Notes under the pieces: model-generated
Told to the model about the DNA's origin: nothing
The model's input: only the letters and a program-made list of their open reading frames with translations
The model's database searches: none
Assembly (NCBI GenBank): GCA_035938695.1
Contig: DASZGP010000051.1
Location: 1-36,576, forward strand
Length of the DNA stretch: 36,576 bases
Origin: Candidatus Dormiibacterota bacterium
GTDB lineage: Bacteria; Chloroflexota; Dormibacteria; DASZGP01
Direction of reading: 5' to 3'
In this document: in pieces, positions 24,741 through 32,531 of the stretch
Layout: each line of letters begins with the position of its first letter
Position numbering within the stretch: position 1 is the stretch's first letter
Translations under genes and position numbers: made by a program

Positions 24741-26534
24741 ATGACGATGACGCAGAGCCCGCCCACCGGGGCCGAGACGATCCACTGGGACCTGAGCCAG
24801 CTCTACCCCGGGGACGGCCGGGCCGGCGTCGAGGCCGACCTCAGCCGCGGCGAGGAGATGGTCCTCGACTTCGAGAAGGCCTACCGGGGCCGGGTCGCGA
24901 GCCTCGACGCGCCGGCCATGGCCGAGGCGCTGCGGCGGCTGGAGGAGATCCAGGACCTGGTCGAGAAGGCCAGCTCCTACGCCTTCCTGGACTTCAGCAC
25001 CAACGTCGCCGACCCCGCCAAGGGGGCGCTCCTGCAGAAGGTCCAGGAGGCCGCCACCCAGCTCGGCACCCACGTCATCTTCTTCAACCTGGAGTGGATC
25101 GCGGTGCCCGACGAGACCGCCGCCGGGATGCTCGCCGACCCCGCCCTGGACAACTACCGCCACCACCTGGAGAGCGCCCGCCGCTACCGCCCACACGTCC
25201 TCACCGAGCCCGAGGAGAAGGTCCTGACGGAGAAGACGGTGACCGCCCGGAGCGCCTGGGACCGGCTCTTCGAGGAGGCCTGCACCGCCATCCGGGTCAG
25301 GACCGGCGGCGCCGAGCTGACCCTCGACGAGGCGCTGTCGCGGCTCCACAACGGCGACCAGGACGACCGCCGCAAGCTCCAGGGCGAGATCACCGAGGCG
25401 CTCCGCGCCGACCTCCGCACCCGGCGCTTCATCCTCAACACCATCCTCGCCGACAAGATGATCGACGACCGCCTCCGCCGCTACCCCCACTGGCTGGCCG
25501 ACCGCAACCTGGCCAACGAGGCCTCCGACGAGTCGGTCGAGGCGCTGATCGAGGCGGTCACCAACCGCTACGACATCACCCACCGCTACTACGCGCTCAA
25601 GCGGCGGCTGCTGGGCCTCGAGAAGATGTACGACTTCGACCGCTACGCCCCGGTCGGCGGCGACGAGCCCGACGTCTCCTGGGAGGAGGGGCGGGACACC
25701 GTGCTGGACGCCTACGCGTCCTTCTCGCCCAAGCTCCGCGACCTGGCCGCCGAGTTCTTCGACAAGGAATGGATCGACGCCGCGCTCTCGCCCAACAAGC
25801 GCGGCGGAGCCTACGCCCACCCGGTGACCCCGCGCGACCACCCCTACGTCTTCATCAACTGGACCGGCAAGCGCCGCGACGTCCTGGTGCTGGCCCACGA
25901 GCTGGGCCACGGTGTCCACATGTCGCTCAGCCGCAAGCAGACCGGGCTCAACTTCAACACGCCTCTGACCACCGCCGAGACGGCCTCGATCTTCGGCGAG
26001 ACGGTCACCTTCTCCAAGCTCCTGAGCGGGGAGACCGACCCCAAGCGCCGCCTCAGCCTGCTCATCGGGCGGATCGACGACTCCGTCGCCAGCATCTTCC
26101 GGCAGATCGCCATGAACCGCTTCGAGGACGTCATCCACAACCGGCGGCGGGGCGAGGGCGAGCTGTCGGAGGAGACCCTCAACGACGCCTGGCTCCAGAC
26201 CCAGCGGGCGATGCTCGGCCCGGCCGTCGAGGCGACCGAGAACTACGGCATCTGGTGGAGCTACATCCCCCACTTCATCGGCGTGCCGGGCTACGTCTAC
26301 GCCTACGCCTTCGGCAACCTGCTGGCGCTGGCGATCTACAAGCGCGCCGAGGCGGAGGGCCCGAGCTTCGCGCCGCGCTACTTCGACCTGCTGGCCTCGG
26401 GCGGCTCGGAGTCGCCCGAGCAGCTGACGGCGCGGATCGGCGTCGACCTCACCGACCCGGGCTTCTGGGCCGGCGGCCTGGAGCAGATCTCCGACCTGGT
26501 GGACGAGGCGGAGGCGCTCAGCCGGCAGGTCTGA
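24741..26534 (+). CDS. pepF: M3-family oligoendopeptidase F
   Basis: 597 aa with the Zn motif LAHELGHGVH, a downstream ETASIFGE and the typical PepF N-terminus (WDLSQLYPG). ATG at 24741. Confidence 0.9.
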   Translation: MTMTQSPPTGAETIHWDLSQLYPGDGRAGVEADLSRGEEMVLDFEKAYRGRVASLDAPAMAEALRRLEEIQDLVEKASSYAFLDFSTNVADPAKGALLQKVQEAATQLGTHVIFFNLEWIAVPDETAAGMLADPALDNYRHHLESARRYRPHVLTEPEEKVLTEKTVTARSAWDRLFEEACTAIRVRTGGAELTLDEALSRLHNGDQDDRRKLQGEITEALRADLRTRRFILNTILADKMIDDRLRRYPHWLADRNLANEASDESVEALIEAVTNRYDITHRYYALKRRLLGLEKMYDFDRYAPVGGDEPDVSWEEGRDTVLDAYASFSPKLRDLAAEFFDKEWIDAALSPNKRGGAYAHPVTPRDHPYVFINWTGKRRDVLVLAHELGHGVHMSLSRKQTGLNFNTPLTTAETASIFGETVTFSKLLSGETDPKRRLSLLIGRIDDSVASIFRQIAMNRFEDVIHNRRRGEGELSEETLNDAWLQTQRAMLGPAVEATENYGIWWSYIPHFIGVPGYVYAYAFGNLLALAIYKRAEAEGPSFAPRYFDLLASGGSESPEQLTARIGVDLTDPGFWAGGLEQISDLVDEAEALSRQV

Positions 26535-26539
26535 GGCCG

Positions 26540-26577
26540 GCGGTGGCCCGGCCGGGATGCCGGGTCCGGGCCACCGC
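26540..26577. terminator. Bidirectional terminator hairpin between the convergent pepF and lanA5 genes
   Basis: Perfect 12-bp inverted repeat GCGGTGGCCCGG (26540-26551) / CCGGGCCACCGC (26566-26577) with a 14-nt loop. There is no clear U-tract. Confidence 0.55.
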
Positions 26578-26586
26578 GCGATCGGG

Positions 26587-26805
26587 CTACCCCAGGCAGC
26601 TGAAGAGGGTGCCGGTGGCGGTCCGGCAGAGCCCGTGGTTGCTGTCGCAGATGCAGACGCTCAGCCCCGGCCCTCCCGATGGGTTGGTCGTCGGGCACCC
26701 GATGCAGATGCTCTGCTGGGTGCCGCCGCCGGCGATCCTGGTCATCCCGGCGATCTCCTCGACCGACAGCTCGCGGACGGTTTCGCGGGCGATCCTCAGC
26801 TTCAT
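26587..26805 (-). CDS. lanA: Lanthipeptide precursor A5: 27-aa leader and 45-aa core with 6 Cys and 11 Ser/Thr
   Basis: Sequence: MKLRIARETVRELSVEEIAGMTRIAGG | GTQQSICIGCPTTNPSGGPGLSVCICDSNHGLCRTATGTLFSCLG. The ATG at 26805 is only 7 nt after the A6 stop. Confidence 0.8.
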   Translation of the reverse strand: MKLRIARETVRELSVEEIAGMTRIAGGGTQQSICIGCPTTNPSGGPGLSVCICDSNHGLCRTATGTLFSCLG

Positions 26806-26812
26806 CGCGCGC

Positions 26813-27007
26813 CTAGCCGACGATCTGGCAGACGTTGCCGGTGAGGCAGACGCCAACGCAATGCGAAAGCTGGGTGTCGGTGGTGGCGCAGACACAGATG
26901 CTTTCCCCGCTGACCGGGGAGATCGGGATGTGGGCGCCACCGGCGGCGGTGTGCATCTGGGCCGGGGTCAGGTCGCGCAGAGTCTCACGCGCAAGATTCA
27001 GCTTCAT
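26813..27007 (-). CDS. lanA: Lanthipeptide precursor A6: 24-aa leader and 40-aa core with 5 Cys and 8 Ser/Thr
   Basis: Sequence: MKLNLARETLRDLTPAQMHTAAGG | AHIPISPVSGESICVCATTDTQLSHCVGVCLTGNVCQIVG. ATG at 27007 preceded by AGGAAGGGAtgga. Confidence 0.8.
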   Translation of the reverse strand: MKLNLARETLRDLTPAQMHTAAGGAHIPISPVSGESICVCATTDTQLSHCVGVCLTGNVCQIVG

Positions 27008-27349
27008 TCCATCCCTTCCTAGGATTCGTGAGGCGGACAACCCGCGGCCCGGCATGGAGCCGCGGCGACGCCGCCATTCTCGCACCGCCCGCCGCCCCGC
27101 CGCCAGTGATGGGCTCGACCCGCCTTACGCGGGGATCCCGGGGCCAGCGGTGGGAGGCACCGCCGGCCCTGAACCTCGAGGGGTCTTCAGCGTAACCCGG
27201 TGAAACGCTGTCAACCGCTTCGTTGGCCCAAATGGTAGGGCCTGCCGAACTCAACAGCGGCTTAGAGTCAGCGAAAACCGGTAAAGGTCCGTTAGCGTTG
27301 GTTGACACCCATCGAATCCTTCACGCCCGAGCCCCGGTGGGGTGAAGAC

Positions 27350-28153
27350 TTACGCGACCTCCGCCCGCTCCACCGCCGCCCGCGCGGCCAGGTCGCGCTC
27401 CAGCAGCTCACGCAGCTTCCCGACCTCGCCCTCCAGGCGGTGCAGCTCCAGGGTCACGTCGGCATCCGGCCGGCGCTGGTGCAGCAGCAGCGAGGTGACC
27501 TGGGAGGAGACGAACGTCACCAGCCCGATGCCCACGAATATCAGCATCCCGGAGAGCATCTGCCCGGCCGGGGTCACCGGCTTGGCGGTGGAGTAACCGA
27601 AGGTGGTGACGGCGCCGAAGGCCATGTAGAGGGCGTCGCCGAAGGTCCGCATCTCGTGGTTGGCGCCGCGCTCCAGGATCCAGAAGGCGTAGGCGGCACC
27701 GGCCCACAGCAGCAGCAGCACCGGCGCCAGGAACCAGAGGCTGCCGCGGTCGCGGTTGGAGCGGGCAGCGGCGTGTTCAACCGCCGTACCCAGGCGCACC
27801 AGCCCGATCAGGCGCAGCAGGCGGAGGATGCGCAGCGCCCGCAGGACGCCGAGCAGGGGGATCGCGGTGACCCCGTCGATCCAGTGGTGGCGGAGATAGC
27901 GCAGGCGGTCGGTGCTGTCGACCAGGCGGATCACGAACTCGCCGACGAACAGCGCCGGGAAGGCGATCAGGTAGGCATCCGGCACCGCCAGCCCGACCTC
28001 CTCCTGCAGGAACGTGAGCACCACGTACGCCAGCGCGGCGGCCGCCATGACGACCTCCCACGCCACCTCGTGCCGGGCCACGAAGGCGTTGACGCTGCCG
28101 CGATGGAGCAGGAAGGCGAGCCCTGGCGAGAGGCGATGCGCCGGCTGGTTCAT
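27350..28153 (-). CDS. Six-TM voltage-sensor-type ion channel (Kv-like) with a non-canonical pore motif
   Basis: The S4-like segment LRALRILRLLRLIGLVRL has Arg at every third position. The pore region reads AVTTFGYS, where the K+ channel consensus is T-V-G-Y-G. A C-terminal coiled-coil-like tail is present. The ATG at 28153 is 5 nt after the upstream stop. Confidence 0.8.
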   Translation of the reverse strand: MNQPAHRLSPGLAFLLHRGSVNAFVARHEVAWEVVMAAAALAYVVLTFLQEEVGLAVPDAYLIAFPALFVGEFVIRLVDSTDRLRYLRHHWIDGVTAIPLLGVLRALRILRLLRLIGLVRLGTAVEHAAARSNRDRGSLWFLAPVLLLLWAGAAYAFWILERGANHEMRTFGDALYMAFGAVTTFGYSTAKPVTPAGQMLSGMLIFVGIGLVTFVSSQVTSLLLHQRRPDADVTLELHRLEGEVGKLRELLERDLAARAAVERAEVA

Positions 28154-28160
28154 CCCGACA

Positions 28161-28775
28161 TCAGTGGGCGTACAGCGGGCGCTGGTTGCCGCCGTGGGAC
28201 GAGCACGACCCCGACCGTCCACCGGAGTGGCTGAACATCCCGTCGACGCACTGCTCGACGTAGCCGTTGGTCGACTTCCAGAAGTTGGGGATGCAACTCA
28301 GGTAGTTGCAGATGTCGGCCGGCGGGGCGCTGATGGTGCTGCCGCTGCAGAAGTCGTAGCCGTAAGGATTGGCCGGTGCGTCATTGTGGCAGGCCGCGGC
28401 CGGCGGTGCTGGGGGTGCTGGCGGAGCCGGGGCTGGGGGAGGTGGGGGAGTCGGCTTGGGTGGCGCCGGGGGAGGCTTGGGCGAAGCCGGCGGGGGTGGC
28501 GCCGGGGTCGACGGCGCGGGTGCCGGCGCTGAGGTCGCGGGGGCGGACGGCGCCAGGGCCACCGGACTGCTGGCCGCCCTCCGGGGGGCCGGGGTGGTGG
28601 CGGCGGCGGTCGGCGTGGTTCCGGGGACGGGGAGGTCGGCTGACGTCGCGCCGCACCCCGCGATCGCCAGCATGGGTACCGCCAGGACCGCCAGCCGGAG
28701 ACCCAACCAGTGGGCCGGCGTCCCGCGCCAGGACGTGGTGGCGATGCTTGCTGTGTTCGGTCCCCGGTGTTCCAC
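28161..28775 (-). CDS. Lipoprotein with a Pro-rich linker and a Cys-containing C-terminal domain (DUF3761-like tail)
   Basis: Contains the lipobox LAIAG|C after a hydrophobic segment, a long PAPPP-type linker, and the C-terminus CVDGMFSHSGGRSGSCSSHGG. The start is uncertain: the GTG at 28775 gives a sensible signal peptide, while the track ORF extends to 28901. Confidence 0.6.
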   Translation of the reverse strand: MEHRGPNTASIATTSWRGTPAHWLGLRLAVLAVPMLAIAGCGATSADLPVPGTTPTAAATTPAPRRAASSPVALAPSAPATSAPAPAPSTPAPPPPASPKPPPAPPKPTPPPPPAPAPPAPPAPPAAACHNDAPANPYGYDFCSGSTISAPPADICNYLSCIPNFWKSTNGYVEQCVDGMFSHSGGRSGSCSSHGGNQRPLYAH

Positions 28776-28923
28776 GGCGCCTAACTTGGCAGGCGGGCCA
28801 CGCGTCAGCCACACCGGGCTGTAAGGTTTCGGTAAATCTCGATGAACCGGACGGCGCCCGACGACCTCGCGGTGCAGCGCTGTCGACGCCTGTGAATCCA
28901 AGAGTGGACCGTTCGGGCCAATG

Positions 28924-28941
28924 TTGGCCCGAGTGGGCCAA
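28924..28941 (-). terminator. Hairpin after the LLM oxidoreductase gene
   Basis: TTGGCCC-gagt-GGGCCAA, a perfect 7-bp inverted repeat, lies 8 nt downstream of the stop at 28950. There is no U-tract. Confidence 0.35.
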
Positions 28942-28949
28942 GGGCGGGC

Positions 28950-29969
28950 TCAGGCCGTCGCGGCCACCGGGGCGACGGCTTCCAGCGCCGTCAGGCGGTC
29001 CTCGCGGGTCAGGCCGGCGACGCCGAGGATGGGCATGGTGACGCCGGCGCGCTCGAGGCGGCCGAGCGCGGCGTGGCACCGGGCCGGGCTGCCGATGACG
29101 CTGGTGGCGTCGATCAGCTCGTCGGGCAGGAGCGCGGCGGCCGCCTGCTTGTCGCCGGCGAGGTACAGCTCCTGGACCTGGCGGGCCTCCTCGACGTAGC
29201 CGTAGCGCTGCACCAGCTGGTTGTAGAAGTTGCGCTCACGGGACCCCATGCCTCCGACGTAGAGCGCCACGTAGGGGCGGATCAGGGCGCGGCAGAGGTC
29301 GACGTCGTCGTGCACCACCAGCGGCACCATGGGGGTGATCATCAGGTCGGCCAGGGTCCGGCCGCGCCTGGCCAGGCCGGCCTCCAGGTGGGGGCTGAAG
29401 ACGTCCATGTGGTCGGGGTGGAAGATCGTCGGCATCCAGCCGTCCGCGATCTCGCCGGTCAGCTCCAGGGTCTTGGGGCCCAGCGCGGCGATGACGATCG
29501 GGATCTCAGGGCGCACCGGGTGGGTGATCAGCTTGAGGCCCTTGCTCAGCTTGACCACCTCGCCGTCGTAGACCACGCGCTCCCGGCGCAGCGCGGTGCG
29601 GATGACGTCGACCACCTCGCGGGTCCGCTGCAGCGGTTTCTCGAAGGGCACCCCGTGCCAACCCTCGACGACCTGCGGCCCGCTGCTGCCGAGCCCGAGG
29701 ATGAAGCGACCGCCGCTGAGCATGTCCAGTGAGGCCGCGGTCTGGGCCAGCAGGGTCGGAGAGCGAGAGTAGATGTTGAGGATGCCGGCGCCGATCTTGA
29801 TCCGCTCGGTGCGCACCGCCAGCGCGGCCATCAGGCTGACCGAGTCGTAGCCGTAGACCTCGGCGACGAAGACCGCCTCGAAGCCCAGCCGCTCGGCCTC
29901 CCGGACCAGCTCGACGGACTCGTCGAAGGCGACGCTGTCGGTATAGGGCAGCCCGATCGCGAGCTTCAC
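28950..29969 (-). CDS. LLM-class (luciferase-like) F420-dependent oxidoreductase
   Basis: Contains MKLAIGLPY...GFEAVFVAEVYGYDSVSLMAALA...LSGGRFILGLGSSGPQVVEGWHG. The GTG start at 29969 overlaps the MerR stop (GTGA). Confidence 0.85.
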   Translation of the reverse strand: MKLAIGLPYTDSVAFDESVELVREAERLGFEAVFVAEVYGYDSVSLMAALAVRTERIKIGAGILNIYSRSPTLLAQTAASLDMLSGGRFILGLGSSGPQVVEGWHGVPFEKPLQRTREVVDVIRTALRRERVVYDGEVVKLSKGLKLITHPVRPEIPIVIAALGPKTLELTGEIADGWMPTIFHPDHMDVFSPHLEAGLARRGRTLADLMITPMVPLVVHDDVDLCRALIRPYVALYVGGMGSRERNFYNQLVQRYGYVEEARQVQELYLAGDKQAAAALLPDELIDATSVIGSPARCHAALGRLERAGVTMPILGVAGLTREDRLTALEAVAPVAATA

Positions 29970-30763
29970 ACCGGTGTCCTCCGTCGGGGCGATGGCCGGC
30001 CGGCGGCCGGTGAGGCGCTCATCATACGGGGGCGCCCGCGCTGGCCGCGCAGGGCTCGCTCGACCTCGGCGGACATCGCCAGGTGGAAGGTCGAGACCAG
30101 CGCCTCGGTGGCCAGCGGGCGGAGGCGGTCGAGGGCGGCCATGATCCGGGGCTCGTCGGCCTCCGGGCTGCCGGCGGCGACGAACGGCAGCCAGAGCTGA
30201 TCGAGGAAGAGCTTGACGAAGGCCTTGGCGACCTGCGAGGTGCGGCGCAGGATCTCCTCCTCGACGTCCAGGCGCCGCTCCGGCGGGATGCCCAGCGCCG
30301 ACAGCTCCACCGCCGCGCGGCTGAGGACCGGGCTGGGCACCTCGTAGGCGTCGGCCCCCAGGGGTTTGATCAGCCCCAGGCGGACGGCGCGGCGGAAGAC
30401 CGAATCCCGGGGGCTCTTGGCGTCGAGGCCGGCCAGCACGTCGGCCTCGGAGAGGATCGCCGGCTCCTCCTCGCCCCAGGGCGCCCGCAGGGCCCGCTCC
30501 AGCCCCAGCACCCGCCCCGCCGAGCCCGGCGGCATCTCGTCGAGGATGCGCTTGACGGCGTTGAGGTTGAAGCCGTCGGCCTGCATCTCCAGGACCAGGC
30601 GGAGGCGGTCGACGTGCTCGGCGCCGTAGTAGCCGGTGCGGCCGCGGACCTCGGGGGGCGGCAGCAGACCGCGCGACTGGTGGGCCCGGATGTTCCTGAC
30701 CGTGACACCGGTCTCCCGCGCCAGGTCGTCGATGGTCAGATTGGCCTCTGGCCTATGGCTCAT
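29966..30763 (-). CDS. MerR-family transcriptional regulator
   Basis: The N-terminal HTH reads LTIDDLARETGVTVRNIRAHQSRGLLPPPEVRGRTGYYGAEHVDRLRLV. ATG at 30763. The longer track ORF (to 31315) is antisense to the SCP2 gene. Confidence 0.85.
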   Translation of the reverse strand: MSHRPEANLTIDDLARETGVTVRNIRAHQSRGLLPPPEVRGRTGYYGAEHVDRLRLVLEMQADGFNLNAVKRILDEMPPGSAGRVLGLERALRAPWGEEEPAILSEADVLAGLDAKSPRDSVFRRAVRLGLIKPLGADAYEVPSPVLSRAAVELSALGIPPERRLDVEEEILRRTSQVAKAFVKLFLDQLWLPFVAAGSPEADEPRIMAALDRLRPLATEALVSTFHLAMSAEVERALRGQRGRPRMMSASPAAGRPSPRRRTPV

Positions 30764-30814
30764 AATCTCGTGTAATAGTAGGTTGGATTCGGGGGTCGGT
30801 TGGAGGAGCGGCCG
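30764..30814. promoter_or_regulatory. Divergent promoter region between the MerR and SCP2 genes
   Basis: A 51-nt spacer that is locally AT-richer (ctcgtgtaatagtaggttggatt). The MerR ATG has no visible SD and may be leaderless. The SCP2 ATG has GGAGGA 7 nt upstream. Confidence 0.35.
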
Positions 30815-31273
30815 ATGGCGGAGCAGATCACCACCCCGGCGCAGCTCAGGGCGATCGTCGCCGGTCTGACCGACGAGGCTCTCGAGGCCTGGACGCGCGA
30901 CCCCGGCATGGACGTGGTGCTGGCGCCGATCTTCGCCGGGATGCGCGAGCGCTTCCTGCCCGCCAGGGCCGCCGGCCAGACCGCCGTGATCCAGTACGAC
31001 ATCGCCGGCCCCGACGGCGTCTCGACCTGGCAGGCCAGCATCGCCGACGGCGCCTGCGCGGTGGCCCAGGGCGCCGCGCAGACCCCGGCCGTGACGATCC
31101 AGATGGCCTTCCCCGACTTCCTCCGGCTGGTCACCGGGAAGCTGAACCCGGTGATGGCCTTCATGTCCGGCAAGCTCAAGCTGCGCGGCGACCTGATGCT
31201 GGCCCAGACCCAGTCGACCTGGTTCGACCAGCGGATCGAGCCCCCGGAGGCCCCAGGTGACGGCGCCGGCTAG
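30815..31273 (+). CDS. SCP2 sterol-binding-domain protein
   Basis: The C-terminus FLRLVTGKLNPVMAFMSGKLKLRGDLMLAQ is the classic SCP2 signature. ATG at 30815. Confidence 0.85.
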   Translation: MAEQITTPAQLRAIVAGLTDEALEAWTRDPGMDVVLAPIFAGMRERFLPARAAGQTAVIQYDIAGPDGVSTWQASIADGACAVAQGAAQTPAVTIQMAFPDFLRLVTGKLNPVMAFMSGKLKLRGDLMLAQTQSTWFDQRIEPPEAPGDGAG

Positions 31274-31336
31274 CAGACCGAGTGTGCGATGACGGGCCCA
31301 GGGAGGGCGCGTCAAGCCCCGTGACGCCGCCGGCGC

Positions 31337-31372
31337 GGTCGAGGTCGGCGCCGCCTGGCGCCGACCTCGACC
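31337..31372. terminator. Bidirectional terminator hairpin between convergent genes
   Basis: Perfect 16-bp inverted repeat GGTCGAGGTCGGCGCC (31337-31352) / GGCGCCGACCTCGACC (31357-31372) with a 4-nt loop. Confidence 0.6.
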
Positions 31373-31396
31373 TGTAAATGTGCCTCCCGCTCCTGG

Positions 31397-32473
31397 TCAG
31401 ATCAGGCGCTGGCGAGGCGACCGTCCGGGGGGTGGGCAGATGGCGCCGCCGGACCTGGCGCAGAGATCACGGTGGAGCACCGCGAGCGGCGGCGCGCCGG
31501 ACGCGCAGGCGCGCTTGCACAGGGTGGTCCCGGGATCGGCGTTCCCGTTGCAGATGCTCGGGCTGACGAACGTGCCCGGGTACTGCAGGCCGGCACCGGT
31601 GACGGTGTTGCGGACCCACGCGGTGTAGTTGGTCACCGCCCAGTAGCAGTCACCCTGGTTGGCGGCGCCGGCTTCGACCTCCAGATAGTTGCCGCTGTTG
31701 TCGGCGCAGAACGACGTGCCGTAGCAGACGGCCGGAGGGTCGGCTGCCGAGCTCCCTCCGGTGTTGTAAACGGTTGTCTGTTCCTGGATCCTGTCCACCA
31801 CGTACGTCTTGGTCGAGTCGTCGCAGCCGACGGACCCGTGGACCTCGACCTCGTCCTGGGCCGACCCTCCGGCGATGGGCTCGTTGTCGCCGCGGAAGAA
31901 CATGGACGAGGTGGCGCCGCAGAAGAACTTGCTGAACAGGTCGCTGCACGTCTGGTCGCACTGGTCCGCGGCCCATTTCGCCGCCACCGCGTAGGCGCCG
32001 CCACAGACCACCGGGTCGAAGCCGGAGACGTCGCAGAAGAGCTGGGCGTCGTCGTGGGCCGTCATCGCGTCCTGGACGCAGCCCGCGACGCACGCCGCCA
32101 GCAGCAGCGGATCGACGGCGGCGACGCTGACGACCGACCGCCGGGCGGCGGTGGCCGTGACCTGCAGGTGGGTCGCGTCGACCATCGTCCCGACGGCCGA
32201 CGAGTGAAGGGTCTGGCCGGTGACGACGTTGGTCCCGGTCAGCTCGGAGGTGTAGCGGTTGGCCTCCCTGCTCCCCGTCGCGGTGATCCGCCAGTCTCCC
32301 CGGCGGACGGTCTCGGAGCCGGGCGCCGGGGCGGCCGGCGCGGACGCTCGGGCGACACCGGACAGCGGTGGTGCCGTGGCGTGGGCCGCGGACAGCGGCG
32401 CCAGGGCGCCGGCCATGACGACCAGCGCGGCGGACATCCGCGCGATCTCGGTTCTGCCGATACGGAATTTCAT
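31397..32473 (-). CDS. Secreted cysteine-rich protein of unknown function (16 Cys)
   Basis: The signal peptide reads MKFRIGRTEIARMSAALVVMAGALAPLSAAHA. AGGAGA lies 6 nt upstream of the ATG at 32473. All 16 Cys are in the C-terminal roughly 230 residues. No family was recognised. Confidence 0.65.
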   Translation of the reverse strand: MKFRIGRTEIARMSAALVVMAGALAPLSAAHATAPPLSGVARASAPAAPAPGSETVRRGDWRITATGSREANRYTSELTGTNVVTGQTLHSSAVGTMVDATHLQVTATAARRSVVSVAAVDPLLLAACVAGCVQDAMTAHDDAQLFCDVSGFDPVVCGGAYAVAAKWAADQCDQTCSDLFSKFFCGATSSMFFRGDNEPIAGGSAQDEVEVHGSVGCDDSTKTYVVDRIQEQTTVYNTGGSSAADPPAVCYGTSFCADNSGNYLEVEAGAANQGDCYWAVTNYTAWVRNTVTGAGLQYPGTFVSPSICNGNADPGTTLCKRACASGAPPLAVLHRDLCARSGGAICPPPGRSPRQRLI

Positions 32474-32531
32474 TCGAACTCTCCTAGGTGGCCGGCCGTC
32501 GGGCCGGCGTTGAACATCGGCGGGCATGCCG

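Noticed and set aside
22550-27022. 1490-aa plus-strand ORF, plus the 779-aa minus-strand ORF at 23934-26273
   Set aside because: They run across several independently well-supported genes on both strands (MFS, DUF2203, ArfB-like, pepF, A5, A6). The Pro/Arg/Gly-rich translations are artefacts of high GC content.
26985-27308. 107-aa minus-strand ORF (and the plus-strand ORF 26835-27203) inside the long region upstream of A6
   Set aside because: It has no SD, no shared leader motif, an Arg/Gly/Pro-rich translation, and overlaps the A6 start. It is more likely untranslated leader or promoter DNA. No seventh precursor-like ORF was found here in any frame.
28917-28941. Recurring TTGGCCC/GGGCCAA 7-mers in intergenic DNA (also near 15155-15161 and 27222-27229), considered as a dispersed regulatory motif
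   Set aside because: A rough expectation for this 7-mer at this base composition is several chance hits in 2 x 36.5 kb. I did not scan coding regions exhaustively. The copies at 28924-28941 are adequately explained as a terminator hairpin.
28369-29041. Gly/Ala-rich plus-strand ORFs (28369-28824, 28376-29041) and the minus-strand ORF 28381-29079
   Set aside because: They are mirror or off-frame translations of the Pro-rich linker of the lipoprotein gene. No independent start signals or motifs are present.
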